64,000 bases of DNA from Eledone cirrhosa (GCA_964016885.1 OZ024743.1:182156001-182220000), one strand, 5' to 3'; numbered from the stretch's first letter, positions 38,001-53,700 are shown. Numbers and translations are program-made. Notes: generated by a model from the letters alone, not told the origin.

Positions 38001-41000
38001 ATGATGAGAAAGACTCAGTTGTATTGTGCAAAAGAGAAGACTGTGTTGGTATGGACAAGTAATAAGTATAAAGGGTGATAGTTGGATAAAATAACAACGC
38101 ATCAAACAATGCAAGTGGTAAGAGTCTGCAATTGAACTAAATTGTATTCCAGTATTTAGTTTTATCTCTCTTAATTCCAACTTCACATCCTGCTAAGCTC
38201 AACTTTAACCTTTATCCTTTTGGTAGTCAATAAAATATCTACCAGTATTATACTGACAACAATTCAATTTTTTTTTTCCTTTCAAAAATCAAGCTTGTGC
38301 ATTATAAAAAGAAGAAATAATAAAACAATTATTTATTTGTCTGAAACAACCAACAAAATATTGTAAAGCAGTTTAAAGTCCATTGTTTTATGTTGTTGGT
38401 CACATGTATCTGTAGGAACTAAAAACGGCTTTCCCCTTCACATTTTAAATATCTACCCTATAACAGCAGTAGAAATATTCCCCTATTGAAGGGGGGATAA
38501 TATTAACCTTTTATTACCATATTTCTAATGATTTTCAAATAATTAAAAATTTGAAAAGATTTAGTAATCTTTCTCATTATTTATCTGATGTGAAGGTGGT
38601 AAAGTGGCAGTATTGGTTGGACATCGGATAACATGCTTTTTGGCATATAGTTATGCTCTGAGTTCAAATCCCATCAAAGTTAACTTTGTCCGTCATCCTT
38701 ATGAGGTTGATAAAATAACATAGGGGTCAATTTAATCGATTTTTCTTTCCCTTCAAATTGCTGACCTTGTGCCAAATATAGAAACAATTATTTATCTGGT
38801 GTTTGGAATACAACTTAAAGGCTTCTACAGAAAATTATAATGGAAGGTTTTTAGATAAATATAAGCACTTTAAAATAGCTTTGTATCATAAAATCAAGGG
38901 TGACTTCAGGTGGTGTGATATCAAGAGGGTTAAATTATTAAATGTACGAGGAAAAATAGTTATGTTGGATTTCTTATATGGTCAAGAATTTAAACTTTAT
39001 ACATATACTACAAACAGAAGATTACTTCAATATCTGGTTGACAGTAGGTTCTGGTTCTATACCAGAAGCAGAAGCCATAGTTACAACAAAAAAAAGTGTG
39101 CGAAAAATATACAAATTTTTAACCCTTTAGCATTTACATTACTCCATATATACTATTGTATTTTTGTGGTAAAGGCTTTATCTTCCATAATTATCTCACA
39201 TAATATTGAATCTATGAGATTTTGCTGTTATTTATTTCGAAATGTCAGTATGAATAGTCAGTTACAACCAGTTTGAACAGAAAGAGGTGAGAGAATTCTG
39301 GCCAGATATGGCCAGTTTAAATGCTAAGGAGTTAAAGTACATTTAGAAAAGCTTTTAATGGTCGATCAAACTAATAAATTATTTTATACTCAAATGAGAC
39401 AGTTTCTATTTCTATAAATTCAAGTAATTTCTTTACAAATGCTGTAAGAATTAACTTTTGTCTGTTCTTCCTTCTGGATCAATTCAATAATTCTCAACCT
39501 CTAAATTTGTGGCCTCAAGCCAATTATTAGAAATCATTCCTTTCAAAAGCACAAAATTGCATATTCCATATTCACAGCCTACAAACATGAACTGAAATTA
39601 GTGGACTCAACCCTCAATGAATTTACTTCTGTCTGGTATTTTACCTTTTAATAGTAAAACCATTCAGTGCCAACCAAAACCAAATTTGACCAATTAACAC
39701 TGATAAATTGCTGAAGTCAATGCAATTGGCACAGTTTTTGCTTCACTTGTTTGTAATTCCAAACAACTAATCTGAGCAAAAGTAATTCACATGTTACAAG
39801 TCTTTTCAACCATCTTATTTGGAAATATATTCTCATGTTATCTCTGGAAATGGTCTTTAATACAACACTGCTATTATTTTATGGTGCAAAACTGCTCATT
39901 TTAAAATGTTAGTATTTAATATTAAAACTTTCCATCATTATTTTTGGAAGTAAGGTTTTATTTAAATACCAGTTTACTAATGAAAATGTAAGTTATATTA
40001 AATCCCTCCAAATTTTGTTTTATTTTCAACCATCATCATTTAACATTCACTTCCCTGCTAGCAAGGGCTGGACAGGTCTACATAGACCAAGTCAGTACTG
40101 ACCTCCCTATCAGGCCAAGGGGTTTGTCATCATCCCCGTTTTACGTCTGTTCTTCCACGCTAGCATGGGTTAGACGGGTTGTCCTATTGTGGGCAGTGTC
40201 TGGTCGGCTGACCATGCCTTGCTCATACAGGAACTGATTTGGCTTGATTTCTACAGCTGGATGCCTTTCCTAACACCAACCTCAATTACAGTGAGTGCTG
40301 GGTACTTTTTTTCCGTGGCGCCTACACGTCCACTTTACAGTGTGGGCTGGGTGCTTTTTTTCCGTGGCACCTCCACGACCACCTTGCGGTGGTGGGTGTG
40401 GGGGCATATTGTCTATATGCTTCAGCTTGTACCCATGGGAGGTCGCGTACTCTGTATTACTGCGTGACGCCAGAAGTCACGGTCGTGTGTCATTGTCTTT
40501 GAGAGGTGTAATTGGGTAAGGTTGGCTTTTATCACCTCATCCCAAGTCATCTTGGGTCTCCCCACTCCGCGGTTTCCATCAACTTCTAGTGCTCTGCACC
40601 TTTTTATGCAGCTATCATCCTTCATACGCATCACATGTCCATACCAGCGCAACTGCCTCTCCTGCACACAGCATTTGATTCCTCTTATGCTCAGTCTCTC
40701 TCTCAATTCATTTATGCTTTGTCGTTCACGTATATTACTGTTACACATCCATCGGAGCATGCAGGCTTCGTTTCTCTCTAATCTACGTAAGTCTTCCACC
40801 TTCAGTGCCCAGGTCTCACTACCATGCAACATCGCTGTTCGGATACACGCATCATACAGTCTGCCTTTCATTCTGAGGGAGAAGCCTTTTGCAGCTAGCA
40901 GTGGTAGTAGTTCCCTAAACTTCTTCCATCCCGTTCTTACCCTAGTTATTGTACTTTCTGAACATCCACCTCCGTTGCTAATTCGGTCATCTCATTTATA

Positions 41001-43692
41001 TACAGTTATATGTTCTATTGAGTGCAGAGGAGTTGTCATGTTTTTTGACACAAATAGAAGGGTCTTCCCAACTCCTTGGTTGGGAAGCTTTCTATGGCTG
41101 GATGCCCTTCCTAATACCAATCACTTCAGTGTATACTGGGTACTTTTATTGTGTAGATCACCAGCACTAGGGAGGTTGTCATGTCCTTAACAACAAAGGT
41201 CCTCCCAACCCTTTGTTTGGCAGGTTTCCCTTCTTATCACCAACCACTTTAAAGCTGTACTCGGTGAGTTTATCATAAAGATCATTAATACTAGGGAGGT
41301 TGTTATGTCCTTGAAATACACAGACAGTCCATTTCATTAGAAATATGGCAATAAAAGAGTTAAAAGATTATTAAAACTTTATTTACCCAATAACCGAATT
41401 ACCCACGCTTTGCTGCATTTCACACATTTTTTTTCTAAGAAAATGATTGATTTTAAATCAGTGATGTAATTTATAGAGAAAAAATAAAGGGAAAATGTAA
41501 AAAAAAGTAGAGGCAGTAACTAATAATTTTTGTTGTCATAATTCTAGTGATGTTTTGCCATAGATAAAATGTCTAAATTAGCCAAATTTTACTATAAAAG
41601 AGGTGTTTTTTTTTTGTTGATTTACATTTAATTAATAGAAAAAACCCGTGATAATAGAGTTATGGGCTTCCAAAATTTTCACTATAGGGGGTTTAATCCC
41701 CATTAGGGTGTCTTAATATTATTGAAATTTGCTGAAATTTTGTGAATAGGCATCATATCTTGTCATTTACCTATGGTTTAAATTTCATATAAATTGAATG
41801 GAAAACATTTTCAGCGGGGGTTTGTGCCCCCGGGGAACGCTTTGATTAAAATGAAATATCCAAGTACCCTGGGCAATGTAGTTTCAGAATATATGTGGTT
41901 ATGGGGGTTTATCTCCAAAACCATAGGAGGAGTTCGTGAACAAGCAAACAAACAAACAAGAACTACAACTTTATATATATAGATTAATACTTCTGTCTCT
42001 AGAGAACAACATCTAAACCATACAAGCAACATTTATAAATTTCTCTTCACAGAAAATATATCAACTGTCACAAACTTATCATAAGGCAAGTTTAATAATG
42101 ATTATACAAAAAGAAATTTTGGTGGCAAATTGGCAGAATCATTAGAATGTTGGATAGAATGCTTTGTGGTATTTGTTCCAGCTAAGTTTAAATCCTGCTG
42201 AGGTCAACTTTGCCTTTCATCCTTTCGAGGTTGATAAAAAAAAGTATTGATTCTTCTATATCTCTTTCTATCCTCCTCTGGAAGAAACTTGGAGAGGAAT
42301 GGGCTCCACCAGGTTTTTAAAATGCCCAAGAAACACTGTATACCACTATGACACCTCCATGGCTTAGGAGTTATGGGATTCTACTATACCATACATCTAA
42401 TTCCAATTGCCATGCACACTAGTATGAAATTTGAACAACTCTGGTTATGTTTATATTTATTTTGCAAGATATTTGATCAGCACTACCAGTAATTGTCAGA
42501 ACAGCTCTGGTTCTGTGATGAAGTTAGTTACTTCTCTCAACACTACCAGTAATTGTCAGAACAGCTCTAGTTCAGTGATCAACTTAGTTAATAATTCTCT
42601 CAACACTACCAGTAATTGTTAGAATACACTTTCTTCTTCAGTCATTCCTTTTGTTATATAAAATATTAAAACAAAATTTTACCAGACTTTTCATTCCATG
42701 TTTTTAGTTTCATTTTCATATTGACTGAATTTTTCTCCTTATACAATAAGCAAGAAGTGATGTTGGATGAAGAGAGGACATTATTAATAAGGATTAGGCA
42801 AGTCTAATGGATGAAAAGAAATAGGAGAGGATGATACCTAATTAGCAGTGTGGAAAAAAACAGCATTAGGTTGGTTAAAGTTGTGCTCTTGGTTAATCAG
42901 ACCCTCCAAAACTCGTGTCAATTTTGATAATGTTCTTGAACAGTTATATATTGGTTAACAGAGCTGAGTTAGAACATAAGTAGAGAAGTATTTTATTGAG
43001 TTACCAGACACTATTGCATGTTGTTTGGGATTCAGGATTGCCTCTCCCACTTTGGATTTTTTTCCCAATGGCCTGGAGGCAATCCATAATGCTGCAAATG
43101 ACACCTTGGGCTGGCTCGCCAGTCTCAACCTGCCTCTCTAGCTACTGTATACATGTCATAGGACAAGAGAGTCACCATCATTAGGCAGGCTGTCATATCC
43201 TTGCTGTGACTAGACAATCCTCTCAATCTTTTATGGAATGGGCTTCTATGGCAAGATGCTACTTCCTAACATTAACCACTTTCACAGAGAATGTGTGATG
43301 CCAGTACTAAAAATATTGTCATGTCATTAATGCAACTGACGATTCCTCTCAACCATTTTTGGCAAGATTTCTATGGCTTGATACCCTTCTTAACTAACTA
43401 CACTGTACTGGATGCATTCAAAAATGTTCCTGAACGCTAGGCATTTTTAGAACCTTTCTGAACATTTTATAAAATGTTGACCTTTTCTAAACTGATATGA
43501 GTCTATTAACAGACTACATTAATCTATCATACTGCTACCTTTCTAAAAAATGGCCATTACAAGAGTTCCACAATCTACAATTAATAAATGGTACATCATT
43601 AGCTTCAAGAATATACAGGATTTTGATTGTCAGACAGAATTTGTAACATATATTAGGTGAGAAATTTTATTAAAACTTGCTCATCTTCACTG

Positions 43693-43729
<37 letters not shown>

Positions 43730-44156
43730 AAAGAGAACTAAAGAATAAATTATAAATAAAAAGAGCCGTAGATGTTAATTCACCCGAGAATAAAACAACT
43801 CCTATTCATATGGATTGTGAAACTACAATATATTCAGTTGTAATACACGGTTGTTTTCCACAAGATTTAGACTCAATATTTCCATAACTAGCAACAGTTA
43901 CATGAATTATACAAAGAGTATTGTCGGGGGTAAACTAGTTTATAATCTGTTGGTTCTCTCCCCACACACTGTTAAGGAAATAGTTTGTGTGTGAAAGGTG
44001 TCTAAAATATGTAATATTTCTTGGCAATCTGAAACGAAAGATGAGAGGAAGTTGTTCAATGTAAACTTGATATGTCGGGACAAAACAAATATACGTTTTA
44101 TATACCTAATACGAAATATATGGTCGATAAAATTAATCGACACATATATATATATG

Positions 44157-44190
<34 letters not shown>

Positions 44191-44664
44191 GGTAAAGACA
44201 CCCTTCAGCCACGAACCAGATGCACCTAGAAAGTTCCCTTTCGAGCACAAGACCAAGGGGGAGGAGGGCACCAATGTTGTCCAAGAGAAAGGCAAAGGCC
44301 GATACAGCTTGGTATAAGTAACGTCGCAACTCATTTTTACAGCTGGGTGAAATAAAGAGCCTTGCTTAAAGACACATCGCATTACTCGAAAATGGAATCG
44401 AACTCATAACGAGTTCGAATCTATTTTCGAGTAATGCGTTATGTCCTTAAGCAAGAATTTTTATAGGATAGAACCAGTATTAAACTAGTTAAACCATTAT
44501 TCAACAGAGTACTCGATACTTGGGATAGTAGAGTGTGACTATATTAAAAAGAGTCGAACCCGACTCTTTCTAATATATGCATATGTATTTATATATATCA
44601 TCATCATCATTTTACGTCCGCTTTTCCCTGCTTGCATACATACATACATACGCACATTACACAC

Positions 44665-44711
<47 letters not shown>

Positions 44712-46653
44712 CTGCTAACCTTTCCTAATTATCACGTCACCAGAAGTCTTAGGAAATTAACTAATAATAGTAAGAGTGCATCGAAATAGTGAAAAGGTAA
44801 AAATGGATATTATAATATTTTTGGTCAGTTTGAGGAGGAGAAAAGAATCGATATTGAAAAGTGAATAAATGCTACAATTAATACTATTGCGTAATGGAGG
44901 AGAGACGGTCTAATGTAGAATAGTGAAATATGGTAGAAAACTGGACTAAAATAAGCAAGTTAATTGGGCGAAATTAGCATTTTAATGAAACGTTGGTAAT
45001 TGTTAGAAAGAAAATATCTAAATATTTTACTTAGAAAATCCCGAAAACTAAGGGTTGAGTCAAGAGAGGTAGACTCTAATTGATCACTAGACTTAAGTAA
45101 CACCATACTGACTTGAAGAAAGGAATGAAGGACACAGTAATGCCTTATATTAATTAGTTAAAGTCTGTCCTTAGACCCCCAGGGGAGGAGGGCCTCAGCA
45201 GTCAGGTGCTTATCCCGATTTCATTGACACTAAGCAACTGAAAATATAAGAACTTCTGCCTCCCTGGAGAGTGTTTGGCGGGGTTATTAACCAGACAGCT
45301 ACTGTTGGTACTCATTTCTAGCTGAGTGAATTACTGCAACGTGGAATGAAGTATTTTTGCTCAAGCATCGAACCCACAATTCTCTCAATATATATATATA
45401 TACATACTGCCTGGAAATAAGACGAGATAGTCACACGTGGAACGTCTATCATATGTTGGTTTGGTTAGAACTAGGTTGGGAAAGGAGTCAGTGGATCAAC
45501 TTATGGCGAGTTTCATAAATGACTAAACCAAAAAATACGTAGGTGACTTGACTTTCTGGGGTGTACTCTGAAGACGTTGAACAGTGGTTAGGGTGTTTTG
45601 CTTGGGATATTAAGGTCATGAGTTCGATTCCCAGAAAGGGCGGCGGCGTATTGTCCATTGAGCAGGATACTTTATTTTATGTTGCTCAAGTTCTCAACAG
45701 GTAAAAAATTAGTTGCATCTGTAATTTAAAGGGCCAGGTATGTCACGCTGAATCTCCCCGAGAATTGCATTAAGGGTACACGTGTCTGTGGTGTGGAATG
45801 CTCAGTCAATTGTACGACCAGACTGTTCCATTGTTGGAATCAACTAGAACAGTCGTCGTTGTAACCAACGAAGGTCGAACTCTATCACTAAATACTGTGG
45901 TGAAACAATCTATATAATATATTTTAAATAGCTTTAAAACAAAATTTATATAAAATATTCAAATAAAATTTTATTTGTGAAGGTTAAGATGTTGAAAATC
46001 AATATAAATATATATTTACATATATTTCACTTCAAAATGAAATATTTTTAACTCATAAATTTCCGACTTGGTTTGGTAATTATAAAAATAGACACAAAGT
46101 TTTCAGTAAAACGATAATTGATGTCAGGAGTTGTATATAAAAGTTTCAATAGTTTTTTAAAAATTATATTTCAAGGCATCAGCTGTGAAATAAAAAAAAG
46201 AAACGAGGAGGAGGTGTCGTTGCTAAGTGTCATTAATTTATGAATCTTTTAATAACACAAACCATTATTTCATTTATATACAGACATAAATTATAGTTAC
46301 GAGAACTATAAATAACTATCTTCAGATATAATCCTATATGTTCCTTATCTAAAGTATATAAAGTGTGAGATGTTGAGCTAATAAAGGGTTAATTAATGTG
46401 AAGCTATCAATAATTACAACAACCTTTATGACATTCTAAATATTGAAGATTAGCGAGAACCTGCAGTTTTTACTTACACATTAAACTTTACAAGAGCTTA
46501 TGAAAGACTACCAAATTTTAATGTCTTTTTCATCAATCAAAATAAATATTTTAACTAAAATTAGTATGAAACATTTTATTACGAAATTCTGCTTACCCCA
46601 AAACGACAAATTCTGGCAGACATACAATTTATTCCAATTTTAAGGGATGCCAT
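32099..46653 (-). CDS. MRPS14: mitochondrial ribosomal protein S14 (uS14m), 145 aa
   Basis: Exons 46597-46653 ([19 protein letters not shown], presequence-like), 35295-35492 (...[13 protein letters not shown]...[19 protein letters not shown]) and 32099-32281 ([60 protein letters not shown]). All junctions are phase 0 with GT-AG. AATAAA on the minus strand at 32019-32024. Exon 1 is assigned by phase and ATG context. Confidence 0.93.
33975..34125 (+). repeat. three tandem 45-bp units of the RTE 3'UTR repeat
   Basis: AAAGTGGTCGTGATGGTGACACAACAAAAAGCACCCAGTCCACACT-like unit repeated three times. Confidence 0.85.
34950..35275 (-). mobile_element. tRNA-head/CORE-like SINE with RTE-A 3' tail (second copy)
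   Basis: Colinear with 19712-20044; its 5' end lies ~20 bp into MRPS14 intron 2. Confidence 0.85.
36300..36430. repeat. ~28-31-bp minisatellite
   Basis: Unit about ATAAGGCGGGCCACATAGGATGTAGCTCATC, 4-5 copies. Confidence 0.85.
40127..40989 (-). mobile_element. RTE family A 3' fragment in MRPS14 intron 1
   Basis: ORF 40422-40871 is nearly identical to the C-terminus of 56146-57771; UTR and tail are present. Confidence 0.93.
41390..41983 (+). mobile_element. possible non-autonomous Helitron/Helentron-associated element
   Basis: 5' TACCCACGCTTTGCTGC and 3' (ACAA)n...CTTTATATATATAGAT termini typical of such elements; no coding sequence. Confidence 0.45.
44190..44410 (-). mobile_element. CORE-like SINE with a different 3' body
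   Basis: Degenerate B box and CORE-like segment (reverse complement) joined to a CCTTTGCCTTTCTCTTGG...GGGTGTCTTTACC tail. Confidence 0.6.
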
Positions 46654-46959
46654 CTTGAATACATGAAAAGAAAGCCTATGTTGAATTATAGAGGATGTGC
46701 AAATTTTTAATTGACGTGTCAAGGAAAAAAAATAAGCAACTTTAAATTTTTTAAATAATTTAATATAAATAGGAAAACTATAATATTTATATTTATTTGC
46801 AATAATATTTTTTATTAACTTCTTTATTCGTAACCGGAAATTAATTAAAACATTATGGGAAGGAAAGTTATGACGTCAATTCCACTTTCCTCCCCCGGTG
46901 GTATATATATCACGTGATCACTTATACTCAGCCCTTTTTATCGCAAGCTGCTCTACGAG
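46654..46959. promoter_or_regulatory. bidirectional MRPS14/eEF1A promoter and non-coding eEF1A exon 1 (~46932-46959) with a 5'TOP
   Basis: ETS-like CCGGAA 46834-46839, CRE TGACGTCA 46871-46878, TATA-like TATATATA 46902-46909, E-box TCACGTGA 46910-46917. Pyrimidine tract CCCTTTTT at 46932-46939, donor GAG|GTAGGT at 46960, acceptor at 48301-48302. YY1-like AAGATGGC overlaps the MRPS14 ATG. Confidence 0.8.
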
Positions 46960-47339
46960 GTAGGTTCTTAATTTTTGTTATAGTTATTAATCCGATAATA
47001 TCTGGTTAAATTAATTCCATCGATACATATTGAGCCTCCTTACATGTTGTACAGTTGTTTTATTATTATTAGAAAAAATATTTCATGTGAATATGTAAAT
47101 TCCCGGGTATTTTTTCACAAGTTGAATAACAGGCACTAATGAAAAAAAAAATCCAGTTTTTTTTTTTTTCCCCTAACACTACGTAATCATAAGACGTATA
47201 AAATATTTGTTTAAAATATTCTCCTCTTCAATGTTGGTTTTCAAAGCCATATATTATAAAAAATACTGGCATACATAAAGATGTCCATATTTCGGTGTGT
47301 TAAAATATTTCGTATGTGAAAGAGTGACGGTCTATATTT

Positions 47340-47665
47340 CTCAATATTCTAAAATGGCTGCTCGCATACATATATATGTATATAGACCACGTGGTATATG
47401 TTAATGCGCAATGTAGTAACTCGGTCTATACTACGGTGCTTTCTCCTTCTATACTTTATATCTATGGCAATATATTATATACTCCACTTTATATATATAT
47501 ATATATATTATCGTAACAACGGTTGTCTGAGGTTGTTATCCCTGTTCAGTCACGGTTGCTAACCATTTCCTACTGATTTCACGCCTGGCTGATGATGCAA
47601 TGTTAATTTCTTCCTTGTTACCATCGTATATTTTAGACTTTCAATCATTTCCCTCTATCGATTGC
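47340..47665 (+). promoter_or_regulatory. motif cluster in eEF1A intron 1
   Basis: AAAATGGCTGC (YY1-like, ~47351), CCACGTGG E-box (~47387), ATGCGCAAT (C/EBP-like, ~47404), ATGATGCAAT (ATF4-C/EBP CARE, 47592-47601) and TATCGAT (~47656) in a CpG-richer segment. Motif matches only. Confidence 0.4.
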
Positions 47666-48325
47666 TATTTCTGTGCCTTTTTTTTTGGAGGGGAGGGATA
47701 ATTTTTGCACATAGGGGCAATTTCCCCCTGTAGACTACCCTGATTCCTAGAGGACTGTTTAAATTGTTTCCTGAGCCTGGTAGTAGAAATTCAAATAACT
47801 GGACCTTGTTTATAATAAATACCTACAATCTAGTATTTTGGGGGAATTAAGGGTGAGTATAGAGTAGCACATTAATAATTTTTAAACTATGGCAATTTCT
47901 CCTATAGAACACTGCTACTTAAAGGATGTAAATTGTTTGCTGAGACTGGCCGTAGAAATTAGGTAGTGACCCTTATTTTGCCTACAAATGAGTATTTATT
48001 GGGGAGAGTGAAAACTCTTTTTACACATATAAGGCAATTTCCCTTGTTTAATACCCCCTGCTACTTTTTATTAATTCGGGATTTTCTCCAGATCGGGGTT
48101 TTAATGAGACAAGTTATAAGATCTGGTCGGAGAAATCAAATAATCAGTGAACCTTATTTTATAACAAAGTCTTACAAACTAATTATTAAAGATAAGGGTG
48201 AATATAGTGTTTTTTGTTCTTGTGGATTTCTTAAATGTCTCTTATAATACACATATACGCATAACATCTATTTATGTTCTCTTATACATTGTTTTTCTCC
48301 AGTTTCACCTGTCCATTTCTTCTGA

Positions 48326-50273
<1,948 letters not shown>

Positions 50274-50707
50274 AGTTTGGCTAGTTTTAGCTATTCTGTT
50301 ATTGAGGGGAGGGAAAGTAAGTCAGCTCTATTTCTTAATGTATTTTTCAATTTAAGAGATAACCTCCTACAGCTTCTGCTTTCATGGCCTATATGGTTGC
50401 TTAGGTCTAAATTACATCGTAAGGAATTCAGGCGGAAAGACTGGAATTTTTATGGATTAAGACAAATCTATTGTGTAAGTGAATTCTGAAGTAATAAAAA
50501 AACATTTCAATCTATTCTTGGTTTTTGTTTTCTTTTGGTGAGTTGCTTATTAGGAAAGCTTCATTTGACATTCCTTACATATCTCACTGAGGAATATCAC
50601 CATTCTTGTTTAGTAACTTATAAGCAAAATTTAATCTTCATTGTTTTAAAAAGTCTAAAATTCGATTTTTTTTTTTTTAAAATCTTTATTGAGAAATTAC
50701 ATAGACA

Positions 50708-53700
50708 TTACTCTTCTTTGGTCTTGAATGCTAAATATGTGTTCCAACCAACAGCTGTAGTGTTGACAACCAGGATCCTGTGCAAAATAAAGTGGACAGC
50801 TTTAGAAAATAATTTTACTGCAGTTGTATATTTTTATATACCTGAAATGTGTGAAAGGCTTTATCACAAAATGGGATTCATTGAGATTTTGTGAGCAATA
50901 TCAATATCAATGTCAGTATGAGTAGCTGGTTTGAACAGTAAGGGGTAGAATTCTGGTTGGGTTGGTTTTGTAAATTACAAATTTTTTTCATTAATATCTT
51001 GATGGGACAACATGCCTTGCAGTATAGTTGCATTCTGAAATTAGCTTTGCCTTTTATCTTTACAGTAATGAACTTGATTTAATTGACTTTCCCTCTTCCC
51101 CCCCAAAAAATTGCTGGCCATGTACCTAAAACAGCAACCAATATTTACTTAGCTGTTGAGAAAATTTTTACTTACCTATATTGAAAGGGTACAAAATAGA
51201 AATTACACATCTGCACAGCAGGCCAGAGCTGAAAGTTTGAAAGTTAAAATGCATTTCAATATAAATTGGCATTGGGGGGGGGGCTTGCATATTAGAAAGG
51301 TTCTACACTTTACACTAGTAAGCCTTCCAGTCTTATCTACCTTTATTTTATGTCTGTCTACGAAAACTTTTTACGCCCGCTTTCCCCTGCTTGCAAGGGG
51401 TGGGATGGGTCCTATTCGGCACAGCATCTCTCCATTTGTCATGGTCCTTCGTCATCTTGGTGAGTTTCAGCAATCTGAGGTCTGGTCTATCTCTACCATG
51501 TTTTCCTTCAATTGGCACTACTTTACCCAGTGGTCATCACATGTCCATACCATCTCAGCCTTCTCTCCTGCACACAACGTATCCCTCTTATACCCAGTTT
51601 CTTTCTCAGTCTATGCTTGGAGCATACTTGCTTCATTTCTCTCCAGCTGTTGCTGCCCATGTCTCACTACCATGCATCTTAATACTCTGTTCTACAAAAG
51701 CTGACATGAGCCCCAATCTTAGCTGTGAGAATAATACCTACTGTATGAAAACAACCTTAATATGACGAATGTTTAATTCAATCTAACTTCAGTAGTAACT
51801 TGAGCAGGATAAGTGGAATTAGGTAGATAAAACTGGAAACCCATTTGGTCTATACTCTGTTTTGCAACAAGTTACTTCACTTGTCCTTTGTTCATTGTGA
51901 TGCTGGGGTGTAAAATGACAGAAAAGAAACTCACTTTATAATTTGACATCAAAACTGGTTTGAAATTCTGCAATAAAATAGAGATGGTAAAAAAAATCAT
52001 TTTGGGCAGGGGAATGTGGACAATTGGCTACAGGTGATTATAGTAGAGGAAAATAAAGCAACACTTGTTTTACATTGGCGAATGAGGTTGGTGTTTATCA
52101 CTGGTTTCCTTGGCGTTAAGCAACAGTACATGACTCGCTAGTACTCATTTTCAGCCTATGGCAATTACAAAGCAAAAACAGTCCTCAACGGTATGTTTGT
52201 GTGGAAAATGAATGGCTGAATCACAAGTCAGCGCTTCATATCGTCATCCTTGTATTATATTTCTGGTCAGGACATCTAATTCTCAAAAAACCTAACCCAC
52301 ATATCTGTAAATCATCACTTGTACAGGTCTTTCTGCTCACTGCTCACATCATTTCAGTAATTTGAAATCAGCTTTCAGTTCATCCAAGCTCTACCTTTCT
52401 CTAACATTTACATTGCACATCTAATGAAGCATGGCTGCTTCATTTCTCTCCAGCCTACACATGTCCTCTGTGATAACCCGTTCAACATTTCTATGAATAT
52501 CAACTTGAGGCCCTTCTCTTAAAATAATTATACATAATTAATGATAAAGACTATATAATTTAATATAAAAATGGCTTCTACAAGACGAGAATTGTTTCAT
52601 TCATATGAAATCATCAGGAATGCAAATGAAACGGTTCTGGTCCTGTAGAAACCATTTCTATATTATATCAAATTTTTTATGTATTCATTGATATTGAGTA
52701 CTTTATTCACTAGTTACTCCAACTCAATTCTTGATCTACATCTATATAATTTTTTATGATTTAGTGTTAAAGAATAAAAACTAATTATAAAATATATTAG
52801 CTCTCCGAGAGTGTGTAGCCTTAAGTTATAGCTTATAGGTAAGTCTAGCACTGGCTACAGAGGCCCTGGGGTGTGACCCTAAGCTATAGCTTATAGGTAA
52901 TTCCAGCACTGTATACATACAGAAATAGACTTATAAAACATGTACCTGAACAACTTGCTTTTTACTTTCATTCCATGAATTTCCTTTCAGCAACTCCATT
53001 CCACATATAAAAGTAGCGAGAAAGACTGGAGCAAAACATGCCTAAACAAAGAATATAAAAAAATTATTCTAAATCATAATAGAAATTACAAAGAAAATTA
53101 TTCTGAGTGAAATCCTGTAGATGGTTATAATTAAGTTGCTTTAAGTATATCATTGGTTTTATTATCTATTATTTTGTAATTCAGTAATCAGAAAAAGAGG
53201 TAGGTGTAAAAGTCAAACTCACTATCTTGGGTAATGACTGAAAGAATACAAGCGGCTGAAATGGGGTTCCTTCGATGAGTCTTTGGAGTAACATTACTTG
53301 ATAGAGTGCGTAGCTCAGAAATCAGTGTCACACCAGGGAGAGCCACTTCTCTGTATTGAAAGATCACAGCTCTGATACTACAGACGGGTGGTTAGAATGT
53401 CTCAAAGAATCGCTGGACAGATTTTACAAGCAAAAACCGACCAGCAGGAGACCCTGAGCAAGATGGTTGGATAACATCCATGAGCTTGGCTGGTCTTGTT
53501 TGGGGATCCAGCCGGATCAGTTGGAGATGGTTGCTTCTGACAGGACAGGACCTGCTGGATGGAGTGTTTGAGGAGTCTGCTCTCACAACCCTCTCAGGAA
53601 TACGTGGGCGAAAAAGATGCTTTGGAGAAGTGAAGGCTCAGTGGTAAGGTTGTTGGACTTACGATCATAATGTCATTAGTTCAAATCCTTAAGAAATGTA

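Noticed and set aside
38803-39276. 157-aa ORF in MRPS14 intron 1
   Set aside because: It spans two MITE fragments and AT-rich filler, has a non-ATG start and shows no recognisable domain.
43780-43812. Alternative MRPS14 first exon ATGAATAGG...CTCGG|gtgaat
   Set aside because: Phase 2, incompatible with phase-0 exon 2; the exon at 46597-46653 fits.
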